Shown here one piece after another: positions 49,109 through 59,376 of a stretch of DNA of 64,000 nt (positions within the stretch are counted from its first letter, which is position 1; each line of letters starts with the position of its first letter). The notes beneath the pieces are model-generated. The model saw nothing but the letters and a program-made list of their open reading frames with translations, was not told the origin of the DNA and ran no database searches. The stretch covers positions 640,001 through 704,000 of the forward strand of contig CAWDML010000001.1 of assembly GCA_963803435.1 (NCBI GenBank), given 5' to 3'. The DNA comes from an uncultured delta proteobacterium (GTDB taxonomy: Bacteria; Myxococcota; Kuafuiibacteriia; Kuafuiibacteriales; Kuafuiibacteriaceae). A program made the translations under genes and the position numbers.

Positions 49109-50068
49109 CTACTTACGGAGGATGGGCTTGTCCGCCTTGGCCGGGGCCGCCTTCACGGCTGCGGGCGGCGGTGTGTACTGCTGCTGCTGCTGTTGCTGCA
49201 CGACCGGCTTCGAAGGCGGAGGGCTGAAGCTCTGGAAGGCGCGCGGCGCGACGCGGTCGCTCCGGGCGGCCGGGAGCGGCGTGAACGCGCGGGACGCGGG
49301 CGCAGGGGCCAACGACGGCGTGAACGCGCGGTGCGAGCGGGGGGGCGGCGACGCCGGTACCAGTGCAGGCTGGCTTGCACGGAGGGTCGGCGATAGCACC
49401 GCCGGCGGTTGGGAGCGGCGGAGCTCGGGCCGCACCCAAAACCTCTGGGGAACCTGCTGGACCTCCAGCTCGCGGCTGGCGGCGTGCGAGCGGTACGACG
49501 ACGCGGTCCGCGACGGCTTCTCGTGCACCGCGGGCGGAGTCTGGGCGGGGGCCGGCTGCACGTCCGGCACCGGCTGCGCGACGGTGTACGTCGGTGCGTC
49601 CCGCGGGACGCGGAACGCGGGCGGCCGCGGCTGGGCCTGGCCGCGCGCGTCGCGGGCCGGGATCTCCGTCGGCTTCTTCGTGGTCCGGGGCCGCCGCTGC
49701 CAGGAGCCCTGCGTGTACTCGCAGTAGCCGCCGTAGAGGTCGTACGTCGGACCAATCCACGCGTACCCGAGCGGCGCGACCTCCCAATGACCGGGGATCC
49801 AGATCCAGCTCACGCCGTCCCAGTCCCAGTCTCCGGCGATCCAGACCGCGTCCTCGTACGGCTGCGGGGGAACGATCTCGAACAGGCGCGCCGGCGGGAG
49901 CGAGTCGGCGACCATCACCCGCCCGCAGCATGCGCGACCCCGCGAGAGGAACGTGTTCGCGGGGGCGCGCGGAAGCGGATACGGGCGGGCTTGTTGGACC
50001 GGGCCGGCGCACCCGGCAGCGAAGGCGACGAGACCGAGCGTGAGCAGGGGAGTCCGGTTCCAGTGCAC
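49109..50068 (-). CDS. YXWGXW-repeat lipoprotein with Pro-rich tail
   Basis: GTG 50068, LGLVAFAAGC; VWIAGDWDWDGVSWIWIPGHW...GYAWIGPTY. Confidence 0.7.
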   Translation of the reverse strand: MHWNRTPLLTLGLVAFAAGCAGPVQQARPYPLPRAPANTFLSRGRACCGRVMVADSLPPARLFEIVPPQPYEDAVWIAGDWDWDGVSWIWIPGHWEVAPLGYAWIGPTYDLYGGYCEYTQGSWQRRPRTTKKPTEIPARDARGQAQPRPPAFRVPRDAPTYTVAQPVPDVQPAPAQTPPAVHEKPSRTASSYRSHAASRELEVQQVPQRFWVRPELRRSQPPAVLSPTLRASQPALVPASPPPRSHRAFTPSLAPAPASRAFTPLPAARSDRVAPRAFQSFSPPPSKPVVQQQQQQQYTPPPAAVKAAPAKADKPILRK

Positions 50069-50177
50069 GCTTTCATCCTGCGCTTTCGGGGGCCCGCATG
50101 AAGGGCAAGAAACGCCCGGCCCGGACGAAAGACGGCGGTTCTCGGGGAAAAGATCCAACTGCCCGGGATCACTGGGC

Positions 50178-52328
50178 TCAGGTGTCCGAAAAGGGCTTCG
50201 TGCGCTTGTAGTCGCCCGCGAGCCAGCTTCGCATCTCGGAGTCGTACCAGCGCGAGAACCGTCGATCGGAGGGTCCTCCGGCCAGGCAGCTCTCCCAGCC
50301 CGGCTCCGAGAAGTCGGTGATCAGACGAAACGACGGCGCGAACGAGGTCACCCGGCCGCCGGCGCGATAGATCTGCCCCTGGTGCGGCGTCGCCCGCCCG
50401 CCGATCAGCGGGAAGGGGCCCCGATCGAACCCGAGCGCTCGCGGCAGCCTCTCGCCGAAGAGCAGGTGCTTCTGCACGAGCGCGCGCCGGGAGCCCCAGG
50501 AACGCGGGGTCGAAGAGAGCGCGCGGGCGATCGCGCGCTCGTAGAGCTCCTCGCGCGACACGTCGCCGAACCACACCGAGCGCGGCGAGAGCAGCACGCG
50601 ATCGAAGCTCGAATAGAAGTCCGTGAAGATGCCGGTCTCGTCCTTCAAGAATCCGACCGCTTCCTCGCCGAGCAGACGGCCGAACACCGCGCAAAAGAGC
50701 TCGGCATAGAAGCGCTCGAACGCATCTGCGCCGAGTGAGTCGGCGGAGTACTCGAAGTTCCACTCGCGGAGCGCACGGCCGTCGGGCGTGTCCGGGAGGA
50801 GCGGTCTCAGGATCTCGAGGAAGCGCTCGGCCTGCTTCGAGCGCACGTCCATCTGGATGCGCTTCATGTCGTCCGGCGCGAGCGCATCGCGCGCCTCGAG
50901 GAGCTCGGCGATCCGCTGGGACCGGTACGGTCCCATGTCCACGGTGATCGGCGCGATCTTTCCCAGGTGGTTCAGATCGTCGTTCGCCGTGACGATGAAG
51001 CCGCGCTCCGGATCGAACGCGCGCGGAAGATCCTCGATCGCATGGAACCCGCGCCAGTCGTTGGCCGGATCCCAGCCGGCGACCGGTACCAGCCCGCTCC
51101 ATCCCTCGCGCCGGATCGGGATCAGGCCGGACATCTGATAACCGATGTGCCCGGCGGCGTCGGCGAGGACCCAGTTGAACGACGACTCGAGCGCGCCCAG
51201 GTGGCGCATGCCCTCGTAGACCGAGCTCGCGTTCCACATGGCGAAGATCCCCTCGAGGGAGCGCGCGCCCGACGGCGCGGCCGACCAGCGCGTCGCCAGG
51301 AGGTAGCCCTCCTCGGTCGGATCGCCGTCGAGGACGCCGTGCTCGTCAGTCTCCCAGAGCACCAGCTCTTCCGCGCCGCCGCCCTTCTTGGCGATGATCT
51401 CGACGCGGCGGTGGAGCGGCCGCCACTCGTCCCCGCGCCGGACGCGCCCGTCCTTGACGTGCTCGATCCACGAGTCGGTCGCGTCGGCGAAGCTGTAGGT
51501 GGCGCCCCACGCGAGGTCGTCGGTGCGGGCCAGGAGGAGCGCGGGGAGACCGGGCATCGTCGCGGACACCGCCGAGCGGCGCGGCGTCTCGAAGACGACC
51601 TCGTACCAGACGGCCGGCAGCCGGTTGACCTCGAGGTGGGGATCGTTCGCGAGGATGGGGCGGCCCGACCGCGTGCGACGGCCGGAGACCACCCAGTTGT
51701 TCGACGCGGTGAGGCGGGCGCCGCCTGCCAGAAATCGCACCGAGGCGGGAACGATCCGCTCGCCGAGCCGCACCTTCTCGATCAGCCCGCGATCGAGACC
51801 GCCCAGACGTCCGGGGAAGAGCGCCTCGAGGTGCGCGTCGCTCACGCCCGCCTGCACCATCTGAACGATCAATCGCTCGAGCTCGCCCTGGGATTGCGCC
51901 AGCGTGAGGTAGCCGCTCATCCGCGCGATCAGCAGCGAGTCTTCGATCCGCCAGATCTCCGGGTGGTGGCGGAACAGGCGCAGCTCCCAGGGGATCGAGC
52001 GCGCGAGGGCCGCGTTGATCCCCTCGGCGTAAGCCTCCGCCAGCTGCCGGGCCGACGCGCTCAACCTCGTCCGCTCGACGTCGAGGCCGCTGCGCCAGTT
52101 CATACGCCGGAAGAAGCGATCGACCTCCACCAGCGAGGCGTCGAGGATCTCGGCTGCGCGGCCCTGTCCAAGGATGCGCATGAACAGGAGCTGGAGCGCA
52201 CGGTCGTGTCCGTGCGCGAAGCCGAGCCCGCGGTACAGGCTCGCGTCATCGTCGCCCCGGACGTGGATCACCCCATGCGCGTCCCGCTCGAGCGCGACCC
52301 GTTCGTCGGCGTACACCCGCGCAGGCAT
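50178..52328 (-). CDS. Penicillin acylase family (Ntn hydrolase, S45)
   Basis: RDAHGVIHV, GFAHGHDR, ASNNWVVSG (catalytic Ser), ILANDPHL, NWVLADAAGHIGY, VTAN. Confidence 0.9.
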   Translation of the reverse strand: MPARVYADERVALERDAHGVIHVRGDDDASLYRGLGFAHGHDRALQLLFMRILGQGRAAEILDASLVEVDRFFRRMNWRSGLDVERTRLSASARQLAEAYAEGINAALARSIPWELRLFRHHPEIWRIEDSLLIARMSGYLTLAQSQGELERLIVQMVQAGVSDAHLEALFPGRLGGLDRGLIEKVRLGERIVPASVRFLAGGARLTASNNWVVSGRRTRSGRPILANDPHLEVNRLPAVWYEVVFETPRRSAVSATMPGLPALLLARTDDLAWGATYSFADATDSWIEHVKDGRVRRGDEWRPLHRRVEIIAKKGGGAEELVLWETDEHGVLDGDPTEEGYLLATRWSAAPSGARSLEGIFAMWNASSVYEGMRHLGALESSFNWVLADAAGHIGYQMSGLIPIRREGWSGLVPVAGWDPANDWRGFHAIEDLPRAFDPERGFIVTANDDLNHLGKIAPITVDMGPYRSQRIAELLEARDALAPDDMKRIQMDVRSKQAERFLEILRPLLPDTPDGRALREWNFEYSADSLGADAFERFYAELFCAVFGRLLGEEAVGFLKDETGIFTDFYSSFDRVLLSPRSVWFGDVSREELYERAIARALSSTPRSWGSRRALVQKHLLFGERLPRALGFDRGPFPLIGGRATPHQGQIYRAGGRVTSFAPSFRLITDFSEPGWESCLAGGPSDRRFSRWYDSEMRSWLAGDYKRTKPFSDT

Positions 52329-52409
52329 GCGCTGAACCTACCACGGTGACACAGGGGCACGTCGATCGTCCGAGATGGACCCCGAAGCCGATTGGCTACG
52401 ATTGAGGGC

Positions 52410-53793
52410 ATGCGGATGCGCGTGCTCCTCGCAGCCGGCTTGCTGGCGGCCTGCAGTCAGAGTCCCGTGACGCTCGAACCGAAGGACTCCGGTCCGGGCC
52501 CCCGCGACGACGCCGGCACCGTGACGACCGGCGACGACGCGGGCGGAATCGCGGACGAGGACAGCGGGGTCCCTCTCACCGACAGCGGTTTGCCGTACTA
52601 CACGTGGTGGCAGGACGTGGAGCCGCTGGTGCGGCAGCGCTGCCAGCTCTGTCATTCCAATCCACCGCAGTTTGGCGCGCCCCGTCCGTTCGTCGAGTAC
52701 GAGGACACGCAGGTCCTCATCAACAACACCCCCGCCCATCAGGTGATGGTCTACCGGATCCTCGCCAATCAGAATCGAATGCCGCCCAACTCACAGACGC
52801 AGCTGACCGATCAGGAGAAGCGCATCATCCAGGTCTGGTCGGAGATCGGCGCGCCGGAGGGCGTGCGGCCCGATCATCCCGACGGAGGGACGCCGGACAC
52901 GGACGCCGGGACCACGGAAGAGGACGGCGGGACCGTCACGCGACCGATTCTCGCGCACGTTCGAGCTCCGCGCGACGGCCGCCGGCGGCGGCGCCCCCTA
53001 CACACTGCCGGTGCAGAACACCAACTACGTCTGCTGGTCGATGACCGTGCCCGCAGGCATGACCGCCGACGAGCACATGTTCCGCTACGAGCCGATTCTC
53101 GACAACACCACCAACACGCACCACATGCTCTTGTTCCACGACCCGAACGGCGGCAACGATCCGGGACCGTTCTCCTGCGACGGATTCCCACTCGACTGGA
53201 ACATGATCGGCGGCTGGGCCCCCGGCCGCACCGCCGACGAGATCCCCGACGGTGCGGGCGTCCCCATCCAGGCCGGGGAGCAGATCGTCCTCCAGGTCCA
53301 CTACGACAGCGTCACCTCGCCCGGATCGACCGACAACAGCGGGATGCGCATCATCTTGACCGACGAGCCGGACCTCACGCCCGCCGGTGTCGTCTGGGCC
53401 GGCGTGATCTGGTCGTCGAACCTCAACGGGAGCAACGTCAGCCGCGGCAACACCTGCACGCTCAACCAGGCCGTCACGATGTTCTCCGTCTTCCCGCACA
53501 TGCATCGGCTCGGCTCCCGCATCACCCTCGAGGTGCAACGGTCGGGTCAGAGCAACTGGACCTCGCTGGTCGACATCTCGGGGTGGAGCTTCGAGGATCA
53601 ACCCAACGTCGCGATCCCGCCCGGCGAGCAGATGTTCATGCCGGGCGACAAGCTGCGGACGACCTGCTGGTGGAACACGCAGGGTCAGAGCGTCGGCTTC
53701 GGTGAGGCCTCCTCCGACGAGATGTGCTTCAACTTCGTGTACCACTACCCGAAGATCAACTTCGACTTCGCCTGCGTCGGCTACTCGCCCTGA
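52410..53793 (+). CDS. Lipoprotein: monoheme cytochrome c fused to a copper type II (PHM/DBH-like) monooxygenase domain; frameshift near 52948
   Basis: LLAAC lipobox; CQLCH...RMPP; THHMLL, LQVHY, PHMHRLG, DEMC. Confidence 0.75.
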
Positions 53794-55052
53794 AGCGCGC
53801 GCTCGAGCTCGCTCTTCACCGCCTCTTCCATCGGCGCGCCGGCAATCGTGTGCGCCACCGCGATGGACGCCAGCGCTGGAAGCCGCAGCTCGCGCGTCTT
53901 GATCCGCGCGGCGGCCTCCAGCGCAGCCGTGAACTCGCCGCGGGCGGCGTGCGCCTGCGCGATCCGGCTGGCCGCCTCCGATCCCCAGATCACGTCGGTG
54001 TCGAGCCGCTGCCGGACCCGCTCGGCCTGCTCCATCTGGCCGGCATCGGCGAGATGACCGGCGAGGTAGGCGTCCGCCTTGTGGCGCGTCGCGGTCGGCG
54101 GCGCCTTGGCCAGCGCCGTCTCGGCCTCCTCCAGGCGCCCGCGATCGATCAGACGCATCGCGATGTCGGTCAGGGCGGTCGCCCGCATCACGGCATCGTC
54201 GATCTCCTGCGCCACGTCGAGCGACTGTCCCAGGAACCACTTGGCTTCGCGACCGCGCCCCGCCTTACCGGCCATCCCCGAGAGCTCCGCGAACGTGCGG
54301 GCTCGGATCCACAGCGACTCGATGCCCTTGACGATCCGGATCGCCCGCCGCTGCGCGCCGCGCCCATAGGCCACCCGCGCCGTCGCCGCCGCCGCCTCTG
54401 CCCGCCAGTGCGGGCTGGCGACGGTCTCCAGCGCCCGATCGGCGCCCTTGCGATTGCCCGACTCGTACATGTCGATCACCACCGCCGCCATCGCCTCGTC
54501 CCGGCGCGCCGGGACGGCGATGTGCATGGATGCCTTGCCCGCTTCGTCGCGATGCCCGGCCGCCAGCAGGCCCTTCACCAGCGAGACCTCGGCGGTCGCC
54601 CGCCAGTCCCTGTCGGTGATCGAAGCGATGAGCGTGCGCGCTGCCGCGAAGTCACGCCGCTCGGCGATCCGCTCGACGATCGTCGCCAGGGTCTCGCTCT
54701 GTACGTCCGGGGCGCCGATCTGCTGCGCGGTGGTCTTGGCGGCGTCGAGCTGGCCCGCGATCGCCTGACCGTTCGCGAGCGCCGCCAGCACCGCCTCCCG
54801 ATCGTTCGGGTCGGCCAGCGCCGGCACCATCGCCTCGGCCTCCGCCAGGTACGGCGCCGCGTCCTCTCCTCGGCCGCCGCGCGCGAACGCCACTCCGAGC
54901 TCCGCGGTGAGGAGCGCGCGCCCGGCCTCGTCGGAGATCTTGCGCCCGAGCCGCTCCGCGTGCTCGGCCAGGTTCTTCGGCGGCGCCTCCACGGGGGCCT
55001 CCACCTTCTGGGTACAGCCGGCCGCGAGCAGGATCAGCCATCGCACCCTCAC
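53781..55052 (-). CDS. Helical-repeat (TPR-like) lipoprotein
   Basis: LILLAAGC lipobox; recurring A..I....R..AL..IA repeats. Confidence 0.65.
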   Translation of the reverse strand: MRVRWLILLAAGCTQKVEAPVEAPPKNLAEHAERLGRKISDEAGRALLTAELGVAFARGGRGEDAAPYLAEAEAMVPALADPNDREAVLAALANGQAIAGQLDAAKTTAQQIGAPDVQSETLATIVERIAERRDFAAARTLIASITDRDWRATAEVSLVKGLLAAGHRDEAGKASMHIAVPARRDEAMAAVVIDMYESGNRKGADRALETVASPHWRAEAAAATARVAYGRGAQRRAIRIVKGIESLWIRARTFAELSGMAGKAGRGREAKWFLGQSLDVAQEIDDAVMRATALTDIAMRLIDRGRLEEAETALAKAPPTATRHKADAYLAGHLADAGQMEQAERVRQRLDTDVIWGSEAASRIAQAHAARGEFTAALEAAARIKTRELRLPALASIAVAHTIAGAPMEEAVKSELERALQGE

Positions 55053-55097
55053 GCGTGCGATCTAACAGAGCCCGTTCTCCCGGTCGATCGAGGGTCC

Positions 55098-56492
55098 TCA
55101 GCGGGGGTCGCCCGGCGGCACCACCACGACCTGCGGCTCGAGCCGGCGCTGGACGGAGACGGCCGCCAGGGCCACCACGCTGCAGCCGAGCACCAGCGCG
55201 ATGCACGCGAGCACGGCCGCGATCCGATCGTGCTTGCTCATCCCGCCGCGGCGCTGGACCGGTCGCGGCGTCGCCGGCCGTGGGGCCGGCACCTCCACCA
55301 ACCGCGTCGCGCCCACGGACGGACCCCGCGGCTCGAACGACAGCGAGGGCAGGCGGGGCTCACTCCGCGTTCGCTCCGCCGCGAGCTGGAGCAGCGTCTC
55401 CGCCTCCACGGCCAGCCTCTCCTCGACCGCTCCCCGCTGGTCCTGCCGTTCACGCTCCACCACGCAAGCGAAGCGCGCAGCGAGCGAACGCGAGCGAAGG
55501 CGGGTGGGCGGGTCCTGGCCGACCGGGTCTCGCTCATCCGGTACGGTCGCCTCGTCGATGGTGGCGTCGGGGATGACGGTGAGCGCGCGGCCCGCCACGA
55601 ACATCAGGCTCGTGCGATCGGCGAACTGGATGCCGTCGAGTCGGGTCGGCGGGTCCGGCATCAGATCGAGCGCGCGGATCAGCGTGTCGGCGTGGGGTGG
55701 ACGGTCCTCCGGGCGCTTCGAGAGAAGCTGGTCCACGATCCGCTCGAGACCGGTATCGGTGGTGAGCGGCGGCGGCGCGCGATTCATCTGCTGATCGAGC
55801 ACCTCCATCATCGCCCCCTCGAACGGCGCCTGACCCGAGAGCATCTCGTAGAGCACCACGCCCAAGGAGTAGAGATCGGAGGCCGGGCTCACCGAGGTCG
55901 GATTCATCACCTGTTCGGGCGCCATGTAGCGGGGCGTCCCGATGATCACCTCGTGACCGGTGAGCTCCTTCTCCGAAGGCCCCGACGCGCGCGCCACGCC
56001 GAAGTCGAGGATCTTGACCGTCTCGGACGGAACGCGTCCGAGCAGCATGATGTTGGCGGGCTTGAGATCGCGATGAACGATCTGGTGGCGGTGCGCCTCT
56101 GCCAGCCCAGCCGCAAGTTGTCTTGCAATCCGGCGGATGCGCCAGGGCTCGAGCGAGCCTTCCTGCTCGATGACCTCCGCCAGCGTACGACCCTCGAGGA
56201 GCTCCATCGCCAGGAAGGGGCGGCCGCCGGGTGCGAGACCAAAGTCGAAGACGGAGACCACGTTCGGATGCGAGATGGTCGCGAGCGCCCGCGCCTCGCG
56301 CTCGAAGCGCTCCAGGAGGCCCGGCGTCGTCACGCTGGTCCTGGTGAGGAGCTTCAGCGCCGAGCGGCGATCGAGGAAGCGGTGCCGCGCCTGATAGACG
56401 CGCGCCGCCGAGCCCTCGCCGATGAGGGCCTCGATTCGATAGTTATGGACCACGCTCCCTAGGAGCGGGTCGTGTCGGACTCGACCGCGCAT
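55098..56492 (-). CDS. Membrane Ser/Thr protein kinase
   Basis: IGEGSAARVY, ALKLL, RFEREA, HRDLKPAN, KILDFG, GTPRYMAPE; C-terminal TM. Confidence 0.92.
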   Translation of the reverse strand: MRGRVRHDPLLGSVVHNYRIEALIGEGSAARVYQARHRFLDRRSALKLLTRTSVTTPGLLERFEREARALATISHPNVVSVFDFGLAPGGRPFLAMELLEGRTLAEVIEQEGSLEPWRIRRIARQLAAGLAEAHRHQIVHRDLKPANIMLLGRVPSETVKILDFGVARASGPSEKELTGHEVIIGTPRYMAPEQVMNPTSVSPASDLYSLGVVLYEMLSGQAPFEGAMMEVLDQQMNRAPPPLTTDTGLERIVDQLLSKRPEDRPPHADTLIRALDLMPDPPTRLDGIQFADRTSLMFVAGRALTVIPDATIDEATVPDERDPVGQDPPTRLRSRSLAARFACVVERERQDQRGAVEERLAVEAETLLQLAAERTRSEPRLPSLSFEPRGPSVGATRLVEVPAPRPATPRPVQRRGGMSKHDRIAAVLACIALVLGCSVVALAAVSVQRRLEPQVVVVPPGDPR

Positions 56493-56507
56493 TCCCCTAC
56501 ATGGGCA

Positions 56508-57518
56508 TTATCGGGAAGCGGCTCGTTCCGTTGCGGCTTCCGCGCGCTCCCTGAGCCCCAGGTCGATGAGCTCGTAGACCCGCGACTTCACCTGCTCCTG
56601 GCAGGCCTCCACCACGGCGGGATCGTCGGCGGCCTCGGGCGGATACGGGAAGTGGATCGGCTCGCCGACGTACTGGGTCATCTTCGCGGGGAACGGCAGG
56701 AGGCCGAGGCCGAGCGGGATGCTGATGGGGAGCAACGCCCGCTTGGTGCGGAAGAGCTGGTAGGCCGTCGTGTAGCCGTCGAAGAACACATGATAGGTGT
56801 CGTCGGTTCCGACGTTGGCGGACGGGATGATCGGGCACCCGTTGCGGAGCGCCATCCGAATGAAGCCGTATCGCCCGCGCCACAGCAGGCGATAGCGATA
56901 CTTGGAGGACTTCCAGGCCTCCTTGGAGCCGCCCGGCATGATGAAGATCATCTGCTCGTCCTGGAGAAGCGCGTCGCCATTCTGGTGGCGGCCCAAGACC
57001 GCGCCCATGTCCATGAACAGCTGCCGCAACCAGGGGAGCTTGAAGATGCGCCAGTCGGTCAGACCGCGCGGCCAGCGACCGGTGGCGCGGCGGATCTCGT
57101 AGGCGAGGAACCAGCCGTCGATCGGCAGCAGCCCGTGGTTGGAGACGATCATCGCCCTGCCCCGCTTCGGAATGTTGGCGAGGCCATTCACCTCGTAGCG
57201 GAAGTACGTCTTGAGCACCCACTCGACCGGCTCGAGGGCGAGCATGACGTCTTCGCGGATCAGATCGATCCGATCCTCGTCGCCGGCTCGATAGCTGTCC
57301 TTGGGAAAGTAGGGCCGGAGCGCCTCCCGGACCGTCTTGAGGTAGCGGATCAGATCGTCCGACGGTGGCGTGAACGGTTCAGGTGCGGCCGGCTCCTCGT
57401 GGACCCTCTTGCGCTCGGCCTCGTCGGTGCCGGCGCGCCGCAGGATGGCTTGCCGAAACTGTGCCCGCGCCGTCGGGTCGAGCGCGTCGTACAGCTGGAG
57501 GAGATGATCGGTGCTCAT
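56508..57518 (-). CDS. Lysophospholipid/DGAT-type acyltransferase
   Basis: ATG 57518; VSNHGLLPID (HxxxxD-like), IMPGGSKEA, GFIRMAL, VGEPI. Confidence 0.85.
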   Translation of the reverse strand: MSTDHLLQLYDALDPTARAQFRQAILRRAGTDEAERKRVHEEPAAPEPFTPPSDDLIRYLKTVREALRPYFPKDSYRAGDEDRIDLIREDVMLALEPVEWVLKTYFRYEVNGLANIPKRGRAMIVSNHGLLPIDGWFLAYEIRRATGRWPRGLTDWRIFKLPWLRQLFMDMGAVLGRHQNGDALLQDEQMIFIMPGGSKEAWKSSKYRYRLLWRGRYGFIRMALRNGCPIIPSANVGTDDTYHVFFDGYTTAYQLFRTKRALLPISIPLGLGLLPFPAKMTQYVGEPIHFPYPPEAADDPAVVEACQEQVKSRVYELIDLGLRERAEAATERAASR

Positions 57519-58060
57519 ACGATGACGGCCGCCGCCACGGTCAGGCCCGCGATCCCCCAGACGATCATCGATGGTCCCGGCTTGATCGATCGGGTCGTCT
57601 CGAGCACGCCGCGATAGCTCGGCGAGAGGATACGTCGCCCGCGGCCGAGCAGCACGCCGAGGAGCAGCACGTGAAAGAGCGCGCCGCCCGAGGACATCGC
57701 GACCACCGGCGCGGGCACCCCGGCCCCGAGGACGGCCCGGATCGGGAACGACCCGAGCGCCGCCAGGCCGAGGACGGCCAGCACCGGGGCAGGCAGGCGC
57801 GCCCGCGGATCGAGGCGGGCCAAGGCCACCCCGAGGCCAAGGAGGGATCCACCGATCGCCGCCACCGCCAGCGCGGCCCAGGGTTCGACCCGGGAGCGGC
57901 CGTCGATGAGGGCGCCCACCACCGAGAGGGCGAAGGCGACGCCCGCGATCCCATACAGCACGCCGCTCGACCGCAGGAATCGCTCGTAGGGGAGCAGGGC
58001 GAGACGCTGCACCTCGTCCGCCTGACTCCGTCGGCCCCCGATCTGCACGAGGTCCGTCAC
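57515..58060 (-). CDS. Hypothetical membrane protein
   Basis: Several hydrophobic segments; stop overlaps the acyltransferase ATG (ATGA). Confidence 0.6.
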   Translation of the reverse strand: MTDLVQIGGRRSQADEVQRLALLPYERFLRSSGVLYGIAGVAFALSVVGALIDGRSRVEPWAALAVAAIGGSLLGLGVALARLDPRARLPAPVLAVLGLAALGSFPIRAVLGAGVPAPVVAMSSGGALFHVLLLGVLLGRGRRILSPSYRGVLETTRSIKPGPSMIVWGIAGLTVAAAVIV

Positions 58061-58148
58061 CGGGCGACGCGTACGTCATGTGGCATGCGGTGGGAAGATG
58101 GAGTCTTGTCCATCGGCGCCAACCCTGGAAATGATGGCATGTCCAGGT

Positions 58149-59376
58149 GTGTCCGAGGCGGAAGTGGTGAAACGGGACGACCGGGAGAAGCCGCTGGTGT
58201 TCGAGGACGACACGCCCGGAACCCCGGAACACCAGGACCACGCGACCATCATCGACGGACCCCTCGGGCAGGAGGTCGCGAGCCAGCTGCGCGCGCTCCG
58301 GCAGGAGCTCCAGCGGGTACGAGAGTCGCAGGTGGAGAAGACGTCGTTCGCGGCGGCGCCCACCTTCGACGACGATGAGCCGACCGGCGACGACCCGACC
58401 TCCTGGGAGGCGCCGGTGTTCCCGGATGCCACCAGCCTGGACGAGCCGACGTTCCACGACGGGCTGGGCGTCAGCGCCGTCCCCTATCACGCCCAGGACG
58501 AACCGGAGCACACCGAGCGGGCGCAGATCCCGATCATCGAGCCGATGCGCCCCGCACCGCCGGGCGACCCGTCGGAGTACACGCGCAAGGAGCCGATCCC
58601 GATGGAGCTGTTCTTCGAGACGGCCGAGCCGGAGGTCTTCCCGATTCTCGTCGCGACCGAAGCGGGTCCCACGGCCGAAGAGCGCGCCGATCGAGGACAC
58701 CAGCGATGCCTCGGAGCGGACGATGCTCGACGTGGCGGCGGCCATGGGGATGGCGCCGGAGGGCGTGCGCGCCCCCGAGACAGCCCGTGTCTCGGAGGAA
58801 GACACCTTCGACGAGGAGAAGGAGCAACAGCAACCCCGGCTGGCGTTGCCGGCCGCGGAGCCCGATCTGGAGCTGGATCTGTCACCGTTCGTCGAGGAGG
58901 AGCGCTCGAAGGTCCGCCGCTCGCCGCGCGAAGGGATGGGCGGCGGCGAGATTGGCCGCATCGCGAACGCCGCCGCGACCACCTCGAAGCTGATCCCGGT
59001 CTCGCTGGGCGTCTTCGTCATCGTCGCGACGATGTATGTGATGATCTCGCTCTTCCACAGCACCGTGCAGACGCGCGAGGAGCACGTCGAGCTGCGCTTC
59101 CTCGCGACGCTCAACGGCAAGCCCACGCAGGTGGTCACCCAGGAGGGCGCGAAGTCGGCGCGGATCTACATCGAGACCGTCCCCAGCGACCTGCTGGTGA
59201 TCCACAACCGTGAGATCCTGGGCAAGACTCCGCTCACGATCGATCTTCCGATCGCCCTCGGCGACGAGATCGGCGTCGAGCTGAGCGGCCCCTACTACGA
59301 GACGTGGGTGAGCCAGGTCCGCCGCGAGCCGACCAGCGACGAGTACCGCATCCACGCGGAGCTCACGAAGAAGTGA
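58149..59376 (+). CDS. Acidic low-complexity protein with TM and C-terminal PEGA-like domain; frameshift near 58645; start uncertain
   Basis: Acidic N-terminal half, then TM LIPVSLGVFVIVATMYVMISLF and IETVPS...ILGKTPL (PEGA-like). Confidence 0.55.

Noticed and set aside
49186-49200. Poly-Cys ORF (YCCCCCCTT) on the plus strand as a RiPP precursor
   Set aside because: It is the antisense of a CAG poly-Gln tract in the YXWGXW lipoprotein.
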